Assembly (NCBI GenBank): GCA_022822625.1
Contig: JAJEAV010000033.1
Location: 3,500 to 67,499, forward strand
DNA: 64,000 bases
Direction: 5' to 3'
Source of the DNA: Gammaproteobacteria bacterium
Lineage (GTDB): Bacteria > Pseudomonadota > Gammaproteobacteria > Arenicellales > Poriferihabitantaceae
Both the position numbers and the translations under genes were made by a program. Below the pieces are notes generated by a model. The model was not told the DNA's origin, did no database searches, and saw only the letters and a list, made by a program, of their open reading frames with translations. Position 1 is the first letter of the stretch, and the number at the start of each line of letters is the position of its first letter. This document shows positions 9,269 to 18,581 of this stretch, piece after piece.

Positions 9269-10585
9269 ATGGACAACATTGAACAAATTATATTCCCCAA
9301 GTGGACCATCCCCATCAATGCTGCGAACTCAATTCATGAGGACTATGGTATAGCCATTGATGCTGGACGTATTGTTTCCGTAGCCAGCAAGTCAGAATTG
9401 AAAGCCCGATATCTGTCCGATAACGTTGTTGAACTAAACGAACATGCCGTTATTCCAGGACTGGTCAATGCACATACGCATGCCCCCATGACCCTTTTTC
9501 GAGGCCTGGCCGATGACTTGCCCATGCAAGTGTGGCTAAATGAGCATATTTGGCCGGCTGAAGCCAAATGGGTTGATCGAGAATTCGTCAGGGCTGGAAC
9601 AAACTTGGCATGTGCAGAAATGATTCGGGGCGGCACAACCTGCTTCAATGACATGTATTTCTTCCCGGATATAGTGGCAGAGCAATCCGAAGCCTGCGGA
9701 ATCAGGGCCTGCATCGGCATGATCGTGATCGAATTTCCGACTGTCTGGGCAAAAAATCCTGATGAATACATTCAAAAGGGCCTTGATCTTCGATCTTCAC
9801 TCGAAAAATCGTCCCTCATTACCACCTGCTTTTCTCCTCACGCCCCCTATACAGTATCGGATAGTACACTCACACAAATCGCCGAACTATCGTCTGAGCT
9901 CGACTGTCGGGTTCATATCCACGTGCATGAAACCGCTGAAGAGGTGGAACGAGCGGTCTGCGAGACCGGGTTTCGCCCACTCGAACGTTTACATCGCCTG
10001 GGACTGGTCAATCAACGCTTGATAGCCGTACACATGACCCAACTGAAAATGGATGAGATTCAAGGTCTGGCCGAGCACAGGGTTCACGTTGTCCACTGTC
10101 CCGAATCGAATCTTAAACTGTCTTCCGGGAGTTGTCCCTCCGGGGAGTTGGTTAACCATGGAATCAATCTTGCTCTCGGTACCGACGGCGCTTCCAGTAA
10201 CAATGACCTGGATATGCTGGGAGAAATGCGCACGGCTTCCCTGTTTGCAAAAATAGTCAGCAAGTCTGCCAAATCCCTGGATGCCTATACTACGCTTCGC
10301 ATTGCAACCCTGAATGGTGCAAAAGCCCTGAATCTTGACGATGAAATCGGTTCCATAGAAGTTGGCAAATCAGCAGATCTAGTAGCACTTGATCTGTCGC
10401 ACCCCGCAACTCAACCCTGCTATAACCCGGTTAGCCAAATCGTATACAGTGCATCCCGGGATCAGGTTACTGATGTATGGATAGCCGGCAAACGGTTGCT
10501 GCATGAAGGGAATCTCACTACCATTGATGGCCAACAGTCCATGGCTGTCGCCCGGGAATGGCGCGACAAAATCTTCCTGTCATGA
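9269..10585 (+). CDS. mtaD: TRZ/ATZ-family amidohydrolase, 5-methylthioadenosine/S-adenosylhomocysteine deaminase-like
   Basis: 'VNAHTHAPMT' HxH motif, 'HIHVHETAEE', and 'GTDGASSNNDLD'. The mtaD-ubiG-gph order is conserved, and the stop overlaps the ubiG ATG (ATGA at 10582-10585). Confidence 0.7.
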   Translation: MDNIEQIIFPKWTIPINAANSIHEDYGIAIDAGRIVSVASKSELKARYLSDNVVELNEHAVIPGLVNAHTHAPMTLFRGLADDLPMQVWLNEHIWPAEAKWVDREFVRAGTNLACAEMIRGGTTCFNDMYFFPDIVAEQSEACGIRACIGMIVIEFPTVWAKNPDEYIQKGLDLRSSLEKSSLITTCFSPHAPYTVSDSTLTQIAELSSELDCRVHIHVHETAEEVERAVCETGFRPLERLHRLGLVNQRLIAVHMTQLKMDEIQGLAEHRVHVVHCPESNLKLSSGSCPSGELVNHGINLALGTDGASSNNDLDMLGEMRTASLFAKIVSKSAKSLDAYTTLRIATLNGAKALNLDDEIGSIEVGKSADLVALDLSHPATQPCYNPVSQIVYSASRDQVTDVWIAGKRLLHEGNLTTIDGQQSMAVAREWRDKIFLS

Positions 10586-11322
10586 CCAGGAATCCAGATC
10601 AGGGTGACCACATTGATGATAATGTGGACAGTAGCGAACGCGCAAAGTTCGAGGTATCCATGGATCAATGGTGGGACCTCAAGGGTGATTTCGGAGCACT
10701 GCACCGCATTAATCCATTACGACTGGAATTTATTGATGAACGCACACCTCTATCCGGCAAGAAGATCTGTGATGTCGGTTGTGGGGGCGGTATCCTGAGC
10801 GAAGGCATGGCTAATCTGGGTGCCAGGGTTACCGGTATCGATGTCTCGGATGAAATCCTTGATGTTGCAAGAACACATGCCCGGCAACACAATGTCAAAA
10901 TCGATTATCAATGCATAGCCGCCAACGAACTTGCCGAAGCTACTCGAGCACAGTGGGATATTGTCACCTGTCTGGAGGCGCTTGAACACGTTCCGGACCC
11001 ATGTAGTCTGGTAGAAAGCTGTGCAAAACTGGTCAGGCCGGGAGGCTCCGTTTACTTTTCGACAATTAACCGGAATCTCAAATCCTTTGCCCAGGCTATT
11101 GTTGGAGCCGAATATGCTCTCGGCTTGTTGCCGAAAGGCACTCACGACTACAGCAAATTCATACGTCCTTATGAACTTCTAAAGTGGTGTGAAAAATTTA
11201 ACATTCATCTTGTTGAAATAAAGGGAATATCCTATAACCCTGTTCTGGATCAATATTCTCTTGTGAGGTCTGTGGAGGTAAATTACATAACCCACGCCAT
11301 TCTTTCAGAACCTGATTCATGA
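10582..11322 (+). CDS. ubiG: Bifunctional 3-demethylubiquinone/2-polyprenyl-6-hydroxyphenol O-methyltransferase
   Basis: 'WWDLKGDFGALHRINPLRLEFI' and SAM motif 'ICDVGCGGGILSE'. I chose the ATG at 10582 (ATGA overlap with mtaD) rather than the longest-ORF start at 10558. Confidence 0.85.
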   Translation: MTRNPDQGDHIDDNVDSSERAKFEVSMDQWWDLKGDFGALHRINPLRLEFIDERTPLSGKKICDVGCGGGILSEGMANLGARVTGIDVSDEILDVARTHARQHNVKIDYQCIAANELAEATRAQWDIVTCLEALEHVPDPCSLVESCAKLVRPGGSVYFSTINRNLKSFAQAIVGAEYALGLLPKGTHDYSKFIRPYELLKWCEKFNIHLVEIKGISYNPVLDQYSLVRSVEVNYITHAILSEPDS

Positions 11323-11999
11323 AGCTCCGACTACCGACTCCAATTCAGACCGTATTGTTCGATCTTGATGGCACTCTGGTTGACTCACACGGCGACCTTT
11401 GCAATGCCCTGAACCGGCTCGAGGAAGAATGCGGCAACGACCCTACCCCTCATGACGTGCTACGCCCCCATGTCTCGCAAGGAGCAATGAAAATGATCTG
11501 CGTTGCGCTTGACCTCGAATTCAACAAGGAAAATCCCCGGCTACAGTCTCTCTGGAAACAAATGCTTCGTTTCTACAAGGAAGATATTTCCTCGCTATCA
11601 ATGCTCTTTGACGGAATGCCCAAGGTTCTTGACTACTTGCGATCCAATGCGATTGGATGGGGAATTGTAACGAACAAGCCAGAGAACCTATCACGTCAAC
11701 TTCTCACCGCCCTTGACGTGACTCCCCCGAAAGGATGCATTGTAGGTGGAGATACACTGCCAACCAGGAAGCCGGACCCAGATCCTTTGCTTCATGCCTG
11801 CCAGCTACTTGGCGCCGATCCGAAAAAAACGATATATGTCGGGGATGATCCACGAGATGTCAGCGCAGGAAAAAGGGCGGGTATGGCAACGGTCGCAGCC
11901 AGATATGGATATTATATGCCTGATAATCCTCCGGAACTTTGGGGCGCAGATTGCATTATCGACAATCCGGTCGAACTGATGGATATCTTGTCCGATTAA
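11319..11999 (+). CDS. gph: HAD-family phosphoglycolate phosphatase
   Basis: HAD motif I 'LFDLDGTLVDS' and motif IV 'YVGDDPRDVSAGKRAG'. There is an ATGA overlap with ubiG. Confidence 0.75.
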   Translation: MKLRLPTPIQTVLFDLDGTLVDSHGDLCNALNRLEEECGNDPTPHDVLRPHVSQGAMKMICVALDLEFNKENPRLQSLWKQMLRFYKEDISSLSMLFDGMPKVLDYLRSNAIGWGIVTNKPENLSRQLLTALDVTPPKGCIVGGDTLPTRKPDPDPLLHACQLLGADPKKTIYVGDDPRDVSAGKRAGMATVAARYGYYMPDNPPELWGADCIIDNPVELMDILSD

Positions 12000-12006
12000 A
12001 GGTTTG

Positions 12007-12882
12007 ATGAAAGTTCTGGATAACCCTCAAACTGCCCAGCAAGCATGTCAGTCATGGCGCAGGGACGGTTTGCGCATTGGCTTTGTAGCAACTATGGGAG
12101 CTCTTCATGACGGACACTTGTCCCTGCTTAAACGAGCGATTGCCGAAAACAACCGAACCTGTGCCAGTATTTTCGTCAATCCACTACAGTTTGATGACCC
12201 TGAAGACCTGAACACCTACCCGGTCAATATGGAAGAAGATCTGGAAATACTCAAACAACATGGATGCGATATGGCATTTTCAGGAACTATGGAGACCTTC
12301 TTTCCCGAAGTAGGCAATCCGGCCATGATCAGGCGAATTGACCCGGGGCCCTATGCATCCAGTCTGGAAGGCACTTATCGCCCGGGTTTTTTTGATGGCG
12401 TTGCAACAATCGTTGATCGTCTGTTTCGAACTGTTGGTAATTGCAGGGCATATTTTGGAGAGAAGGATTTCCAGCAAACCCTGGTAGTCAAGCACTTGTC
12501 AAACCAATTGAAGGGTGCGGGAATTGACATTGAGATTGTTGTATGTCCTACTGTTCGCAGCAAAACCGGCCTTGCGCTGTCCTCTCGTAATCAACAGCTA
12601 GGGGTTGTCGACATTGATATTGCAAGCAGGATTTATCAGGCATTGAATCGAACACAACTTGCCTGGCGATCTTCGGTTCGCGATCGAGCCACGCTTACCC
12701 GGATTCTGAACACGGCACTTGAGCATCCGCTAATCAGTATCGACTATGCTGAAATACGCAATCCTGATGATTGGAATTCAACAGAGAAAGAGATGGATTC
12801 TGCCACTGCACTTGTAGCAGCCCGTATTGGCGATGTACGTCTTATTGACAATCTGCGTCTGGATCAGCCTGATGAATCCTGA
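12007..12882 (+). CDS. panC: Pantoate--beta-alanine ligase
   Basis: 'GFVATMGALHDGHLSLLKRA' (HIGH-type motif) and 'YFGEKDFQQ'. I prefer the ATG at 12007 over the TTG at 12004. Confidence 0.9.
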   Translation: MKVLDNPQTAQQACQSWRRDGLRIGFVATMGALHDGHLSLLKRAIAENNRTCASIFVNPLQFDDPEDLNTYPVNMEEDLEILKQHGCDMAFSGTMETFFPEVGNPAMIRRIDPGPYASSLEGTYRPGFFDGVATIVDRLFRTVGNCRAYFGEKDFQQTLVVKHLSNQLKGAGIDIEIVVCPTVRSKTGLALSSRNQQLGVVDIDIASRIYQALNRTQLAWRSSVRDRATLTRILNTALEHPLISIDYAEIRNPDDWNSTEKEMDSATALVAARIGDVRLIDNLRLDQPDES

Positions 12883-12934
12883 ATCATCCGGCTAATCAGG
12901 CAATCATTACTCATCTTTAAACGGAGCAGGACAT

Positions 12935-13639
12935 ATGAATCATTCAAACGGCAAGAAAGCGATCGTACTCGGTGGCAGTTCCGGTATTGGGCTGGAAACC
13001 TCCCGATTATTGGCAAAACGTGGAGTCGAGGTTGTTGTGGGTAGCCGGCGCGGCGTGCTTGATGAGCAAATACCGGGAGTTCAAGCTGAGAGTGTTGATG
13101 TGCTCGACAGGGAAACCCTGCAGAATTTTTTTGAGCATCATGGGAAAATCGATTATCTAGTCAATTCTGCTACAGGTGGCAAACGGGCAGTTGGTCCTTT
13201 CCTGGAGATGGACATCGAAGGGTTTCGGGCATCTTTTGACAAATTATGGGGATATACGAACTCGATTCATCTCGGTGCCAGGCATGTGAAACCAAACGGT
13301 GCAATTGTTTTGGTCAGTGGATATCCGGCCAGACGCTTCAAGCCAGGATATATTGCGATCTCAACAGTCGGCAATGCTGTTGAAGGATTTATTCGCGGCA
13401 TGGCGCATGAGTTGAAGCCGATACGAATCAATGCAGTTGCACCGGGATTGATCGACACTCCCATGTTTTCACAGGAAGGAACTGACCGGGAGGTTTTTCT
13501 GTCCGAGTCCACCAAAAGCCACTTGATTCCCCGAGCCGGCAAACCCGAAGAAGTGGCCAAAGCCATCCTGTTCGCGCTGGAAAACGACTTTGTGACAGGT
13601 ACCACCATTGATGTTGATGGAGGCGCATTAATCCACTGA
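12935..13639 (+). CDS. SDR-family oxidoreductase
   Basis: Rossmann motif 'VLGGSSGIGLE', 'INAVAPGLIDTPM', and 234 aa length. Confidence 0.8.
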   Translation: MNHSNGKKAIVLGGSSGIGLETSRLLAKRGVEVVVGSRRGVLDEQIPGVQAESVDVLDRETLQNFFEHHGKIDYLVNSATGGKRAVGPFLEMDIEGFRASFDKLWGYTNSIHLGARHVKPNGAIVLVSGYPARRFKPGYIAISTVGNAVEGFIRGMAHELKPIRINAVAPGLIDTPMFSQEGTDREVFLSESTKSHLIPRAGKPEEVAKAILFALENDFVTGTTIDVDGGALIH

Positions 13640-13660
13640 TCAATGTCATGCATCATTACA

Positions 13661-14851
13661 TCACGGGTCTTTCCTTTGCCTTACTGACCGGCCCAGTTGA
13701 ATCACATCGCGACCAAAGCGATTTCGAATTTCATCGGTCAAGGAATCAACGGAACGGGACGGATTGGCACTCTTGTTGTCTTGTTGCAGATGGTCAAAAA
13801 TTGAAGTCTGCTGATCCGGGTCCGAAACGAATCCGGAAACTTCAACACCGATCAGCCTGATTTTGAACGATTGCCCCCGCAACTCTTCCGCAATCAGGGA
13901 TCGGACAATTTTCCAGAATGTTTGGGTAAGATTGCTGGGACCTTCTAGGGTTTGTGAGCGGCTGATCGTATGGAAATCTTCAAAACGGATTTTGACCTTG
14001 ATCACTCGGCCTTCCAGGTCCGCTTTTCGAAGCCGATAGCACACGCTTTCGGTCAGGTATATTGCTGTTGATTCAATTGCGCTGTAGTCACTGACATTTT
14101 GAGCAAAGGTTGTTTCCTGGGAAATTGATTTTACCTCGCTGTCTGGAGTTACTTTTCGATCATCGATTCCACAAGCAAGATTATGGATTTTCGTGCTGTT
14201 TTGACCCAACAGGTTTCTGACAACTCCTGAGTCGGCGAGCCTTAATTCCTTGACGGTACGAATGCCGGAAGACTTGAATCTTGCACTGCCAACCTTGCCA
14301 ATCCCCCAGAGTCGATCTACAGGCAGCGGATCCAGAAAGTCCTGAACCTGATCCTTCATGACCACGGTAAAGCCATCGGGTTTCCCTTGGTCACTTGCCA
14401 GCTTGGCAAGAAACTTGTTTGGAGCGATACCGACAGATGCAATCAATTCGAGTTCATTTGCTATGTCGCTTTTGATTTTTTCCCCAATCCTGATTGAATC
14501 ACCGTAGAGTTTTTCACTGCCGCTACAGTCCAGGAATGCCTCGTCAAGAGACAATGGTTCAATTATCGGTGTATAACGCCAGAATATATCGGCAATCTGT
14601 TGGGAAACTTCCCGATACAGTCTATGTCTTGGATGAACGATCAGCAAGTCAGGACATTTCCGAACAGCCAGGGCCGAAGGCATGGCACTGTGTATTCCAA
14701 ACTGTCTGGCTGGATAGTTGGCGGCGGAGACCACCCCTCTTTTATCTGGATGCCCTCCCACAATCAACGGCTTGCCCCGGATTTCGGGATTTTCCCGTTC
14801 TTCGACCGAGGCATAAAATGCATCCATATCGACATGTATGATCATGACCAA
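13661..14851 (-). CDS. dinB: DNA polymerase IV (Y-family)
   Basis: 'IIHVDMDAFYASVEERENPEIRGKPLIVGG', 'SLDEAFLD', and 'IAPNKFLAKLAS'. Confidence 0.9.
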   Translation of the reverse strand: MVMIIHVDMDAFYASVEERENPEIRGKPLIVGGHPDKRGVVSAANYPARQFGIHSAMPSALAVRKCPDLLIVHPRHRLYREVSQQIADIFWRYTPIIEPLSLDEAFLDCSGSEKLYGDSIRIGEKIKSDIANELELIASVGIAPNKFLAKLASDQGKPDGFTVVMKDQVQDFLDPLPVDRLWGIGKVGSARFKSSGIRTVKELRLADSGVVRNLLGQNSTKIHNLACGIDDRKVTPDSEVKSISQETTFAQNVSDYSAIESTAIYLTESVCYRLRKADLEGRVIKVKIRFEDFHTISRSQTLEGPSNLTQTFWKIVRSLIAEELRGQSFKIRLIGVEVSGFVSDPDQQTSIFDHLQQDNKSANPSRSVDSLTDEIRNRFGRDVIQLGRSVRQRKDP

Positions 14852-14961
14852 TCCAAGGCAATAAGCACTTTTACCGATAATGCAATATTCTGACTGAATT
14901 CTTCATAAAATCCAGACTCCTTTTTATTTATTTTTTACTAACAAGTGGTGGAGGAATAGGC

Positions 14962-15440
14962 ATGATATTGCCTCATCAGGTTAGTGTTCAATTCCTAGTC
15001 AAGCATACCGCATACGAACCGGATGGAATTTCACGATTCGAGTTCCTAATCGATAAATGGAATGCAAACAAGTATGTGAATTTCCTTGCGTGTTATCAGG
15101 TCAAGTATGAAAGGACTGCACGGAAGCTGATAGGGGATCGTGAGGAGCTGATGAACTTCTTCGACTTTCTGGCCAAGCAATGAAAGAGCATCCATACTAC
15201 CAGCCCGATTGAATCAACCTTTGCCACGATCTGCCACGAATCCGGCTGAGCAAGGGTTGCCTGAGCCACAGCATCATGCTTTCCATGATGTTCAGTCAGC
15301 CACGATGGCGAAGATTACGGGGTACCACAGGCTTGCCCAGGCATCCGGGGAGTGAAATTCAAGGACGGAATCGAGATACAATCCGACAGCAAAACGGTAG
15401 CCGCTTGATGAACCTCATCCCCATGCACTACTTTTCGCCA
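14962..15440 (+). mobile_element. IS256/Mutator-family transposase relic (C-terminal third only, frameshifted) with the adjacent element end
   Basis: '...REELMNFFDFLAKQ*' continues after the stop in other frames as 'KSIHTTSPIESTFATICHE', 'KGCLSHSIMLSMMF' and 'GVKFKDGIEIQSDSKTVAA*'. These parallel the IS256-family C-terminus (FYDFP.EHW..IRTTNPIES.F..VR...KG...GVKFxDGI). At least two frameshifts or stops are present. Confidence 0.7.
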
Positions 15441-15623
15441 TAGCTCATGCGTTCTCCGGCACTTCCATTTTCTCATATAATCCCTTGAACATGCTGGCCT
15501 TGATCCGGCACATGACAACCCTTATCAGGAGGTTGAAGATAGAAAGCGATGGTCATTCATTCGTTTCTGAAAACCAATATCTTCAAAGAAATCACCAAGG
15601 GTCAGGAAGTATAAGTCTGGGGG

Positions 15624-16445
15624 TTGACTGTACACTCCGTTTATTTCATTACCATACATAGATTAGTAAATCACTGCCATCGCCTCAACCGCTTTATTCT
15701 CTCATACTGCTATATCGACACAGCGAAACCAGATCTCCATACGAACAGCCAGTTGAATACTGAAACAAAAGACATCCCATCCGTTGACACACACGCGAAT
15801 CAGGCACTTCTGTCAGTTGAAAGCCTGACCTGTGTGCGCTCCGATATTCCATTGTTTTCGAACCTGTCCTTTTCGCTTGGCAAAAGCCAAAGTCTGAGAA
15901 TTCTGGGGCCCAATGGTTCAGGGAAAACCACCTTGATTCGCACCATGGCAGGTATTCATAAACCTGCCATGGGACAAGTTCACTGGAATATCGGCCAGCA
16001 AGGCAGCAGAGGGTTTGCCAGCAAGCCAAAAATTGCCTATATAGGCCATACAACGGGTATTCGCGGTGAATTGACCGCTATCGAGAACCTAGAGTTCCAT
16101 GCACGCATCAATGGTAACTTATCCGGCATATCTCCTACTGAATGTCTAGAAAAGATGAACGTGGCACATTGCTCGAAACTCCCCTGTATCCGTCTCTCAG
16201 CCGGACAGAGACAGCGAGTCGCACTTTCCAGACTCTCTCTCAATCAATATGACTTGTGGCTGCTCGATGAACCGGCTACATCGCTCGACGACCAGGGCAT
16301 CGACCTCCTGCTTGACCTTGCCGGACACCACCTGAATGCGGGAGGCATAATCATCTATTGCTCTCACCAGTCAATTCATTACGGGTTGAAACACGATAGG
16401 GAAATTGACCTCCGAAATTTCAAGGAGCAGCCCCCTCAATGTTGA
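15624..16445 (+). CDS. ccmA: Heme exporter ATP-binding protein CcmA (start uncertain; the longest ORF is probably too long at the 5' end)
   Basis: Walker A 'GPNGSGKTT', signature 'LSAGQRQRVAL', Walker B 'LWLLDEP'. The homologous region begins near 'LLSVESLTCVR' (~nt 15807), where I see no canonical ATG. Confidence 0.8.
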   Translation: MTVHSVYFITIHRLVNHCHRLNRFILSYCYIDTAKPDLHTNSQLNTETKDIPSVDTHANQALLSVESLTCVRSDIPLFSNLSFSLGKSQSLRILGPNGSGKTTLIRTMAGIHKPAMGQVHWNIGQQGSRGFASKPKIAYIGHTTGIRGELTAIENLEFHARINGNLSGISPTECLEKMNVAHCSKLPCIRLSAGQRQRVALSRLSLNQYDLWLLDEPATSLDDQGIDLLLDLAGHHLNAGGIIIYCSHQSIHYGLKHDREIDLRNFKEQPPQC

Positions 16446-17098
16446 TCGCAATCATCAAGCGAGACCTCAGGTGTGTCTCACACGATCTCTCCGGCACGAT
16501 TCAACCCATTGGATTCTTTCTCATAATCACATCACTGTTCCCGCTTGCGGTCACCCCAGACCCGGAATCCCTGCAAGACATTGCCCCAGGAATTATCTGG
16601 ATTTCGGCACTCCTGGCTACCTTGCTTGCCCTTGACACCCTGTTCAAGGAAGACTTTATTGATGGGACTATGGATCAGATGTTTATCGCTGCCAGTTCAC
16701 TGTATGTCATTGCCCTTGCACGCATAATCTCGCATTGGCTATTCTCTGGATTGCCACTTATCGTAATGAGCCTTGTTATCGCCATGATGCTGCATATTCC
16801 GGCACATGCAATTGATGCCCTGATTGTGAGTCTTTTATTGGGTACGCCAACCCTGAGTATGGTCGGTTCAATAGGTGCCGCACTTACCGTAGGACTTCGC
16901 TACAGCGGTGTGCTGCTGACCCTGATTACTCTTCCCCTTTATATCCCGATACTGATTTTTGGAGCCAGTTGCATCAGTGCTGATCTGGTCGGCCTTCCAT
17001 GGACAGGACAGGCCTATCTCATGGGGGCCATGCTGGTGCTCAGCATAACCCTGGCACCCTTCGCAACAGCGGCAGCTCTTCGAGTCAACATGAGTTGA
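16439..17098 (+). CDS. ccmB: Heme exporter membrane protein CcmB
   Basis: A 219 aa polytopic membrane protein that overlaps the ccmA stop and sits at the expected position in the ccm operon. Confidence 0.85.
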   Translation: MLIAIIKRDLRCVSHDLSGTIQPIGFFLIITSLFPLAVTPDPESLQDIAPGIIWISALLATLLALDTLFKEDFIDGTMDQMFIAASSLYVIALARIISHWLFSGLPLIVMSLVIAMMLHIPAHAIDALIVSLLLGTPTLSMVGSIGAALTVGLRYSGVLLTLITLPLYIPILIFGASCISADLVGLPWTGQAYLMGAMLVLSITLAPFATAAALRVNMS

Positions 17099-17150
17099 CC
17101 GAACCCAAATCGGATAAAATCAGATATTGGGTAGCGAATTCTGACCAAGC

Positions 17151-17945
17151 ATGACCTCACACTATACTGGATCGAAGAATCATACACCGACACCAGGACA
17201 GACCCGTAGCTTCCGGATCTGGTTTCATCGTTTTGGTTCTTCGTCCTATTTCTACCATATGGCTTCCCGCTGGGGACCGCGTGCAGGATGGTTGGCGCTC
17301 ATTTTGATGGTGACAGGCGTCTACATGGGGCTCTTTGTCGCTCCGCCTGATTATCAGATGGGGGACAGTTATCGCATTATCTTCATTCATGTACCCTCTG
17401 CCTGGATGTCGCTCTCAGTCTATGTACTGATGGCTGTTTCGTCCGCTATCGGGCTAATCTGGAAGATGAAGGTGTCATTTTGCGTATCGCGAGCATGCGC
17501 TCCAATCGGTGCCGCCTTTACATTTTGTGCCTTGGTAACCGGTTCATTATGGGGCAAGCCGACCTGGGGCACTTACTGGATCTGGGATGCCCGATTAACC
17601 TCTGAGCTGGTACTGTTGTTTTTGTATGTGGGCTACATGGCTCTGGACAAGGCAATACCGGATCGAAATACTGCTTCACGGGCAACCGCTGTTCTTGCCC
17701 TTGTCGGATTGGTAAACATCCCCATAATTCATTATTCAGTTGAATGGTGGAATACCCTGCATCAAGGATCAACCGTGTTTCGAATGGACGGTCCAAGTAT
17801 TGATGCGCGAATGCTGGTGCCGCTACTGATTACCACAGTTGCCATGAATCTGTATTTTGTATCAGTCTTGTTTAATCGGGTTCGATGTGAATTGCTGGAC
17901 CTGGAACGAAGAACCCAATGGGTCAGGAAAATCGTTAATGGCTGA
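17151..17945 (+). CDS. ccmC: Heme exporter/heme lyase subunit CcmC
   Basis: 'PPDYQMGDSYRIIFIHVPSAW' and tryptophan-rich heme-handling motif 'WGKPTWGTYWIWDARLTSE'. Confidence 0.9.
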   Translation: MTSHYTGSKNHTPTPGQTRSFRIWFHRFGSSSYFYHMASRWGPRAGWLALILMVTGVYMGLFVAPPDYQMGDSYRIIFIHVPSAWMSLSVYVLMAVSSAIGLIWKMKVSFCVSRACAPIGAAFTFCALVTGSLWGKPTWGTYWIWDARLTSELVLLFLYVGYMALDKAIPDRNTASRATAVLALVGLVNIPIIHYSVEWWNTLHQGSTVFRMDGPSIDARMLVPLLITTVAMNLYFVSVLFNRVRCELLDLERRTQWVRKIVNG

Positions 17946-18093
17946 ACTCCTGGACATGGGTGGCCATGGTTTCTATATCTGGACCAGTTATGCAGTGGTG
18001 TTTGCAGTGCTGGCATATGGTTTTGCAGCCCCTGTACGCCGCCACAGGCAACTTGTCGATGAAATAGCAGAACATCAGAAATCGGCCAGGTAA
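17938..18093 (+). CDS. ccmD: Heme exporter protein CcmD
   Basis: A small single-TM protein, 'MAELLDMGGHGFYIWTSYAVVFAVLAYGF...'. The ATG at 17938 overlaps the ccmC stop (17943-17945). Confidence 0.8.
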   Translation: MAELLDMGGHGFYIWTSYAVVFAVLAYGFAAPVRRHRQLVDEIAEHQKSAR

Positions 18094-18129
18094 CCCGATC
18101 ACTACATAGACACCAGATCGTTCCAGATT

Positions 18130-18579
18130 ATGCAGGCACAACGAAAAACAAGGCTGTTGATCGTCGCCATGATATTGGCCGGGGTTTCGATATCTGCAGT
18201 ACTGGCGCTACTCTCACTCAACGAAAACATCAATTTGTTCTATAGTCCGAGTCAGGTACATGCTGGGGAAGTGCCAGCCGATGCAACCATTCGAATCGGA
18301 GGAATGGTTGTCAAGGGATCAGTAAATCGAAATCCGGATAATCTAGAGGTGAGCTTTGATCTTACCGATACTGCTAAAGTTGTTACTGTCGTCTATAACG
18401 GTATACTGCCTGACTTGTTCCGGGAGGGTCAGGGCATAGTAGCAAGCGGTACAATGCAGAATAGCCGGTTTGTCGCCGATCAGGTTCTAGCCAAGCATGA
18501 CGAAACCTATATGGCACCTGAAATCAGTGAATCGATAAAAGCGGCTCATGACCGACAACCGGAAGAGTCGGATTACTGA
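18130..18579 (+). CDS. ccmE: Cytochrome c maturation heme chaperone CcmE
   Basis: N-terminal membrane anchor, OB-fold region, and 'LAKHDETYMAPE' (HxxxY heme-attachment motif). Confidence 0.9.
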   Translation: MQAQRKTRLLIVAMILAGVSISAVLALLSLNENINLFYSPSQVHAGEVPADATIRIGGMVVKGSVNRNPDNLEVSFDLTDTAKVVTVVYNGILPDLFREGQGIVASGTMQNSRFVADQVLAKHDETYMAPEISESIKAAHDRQPEESDY

Positions 18580-18581
18580 CA

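Noticed and set aside
14852-14961. A LexA/SOS box upstream of dinB.
   Set aside because: I found no CTGT-N8-ACAG-like palindrome in the 110 nt upstream of the dinB start. The region also adjoins the truncated IS relic, so the original promoter may have been disrupted.
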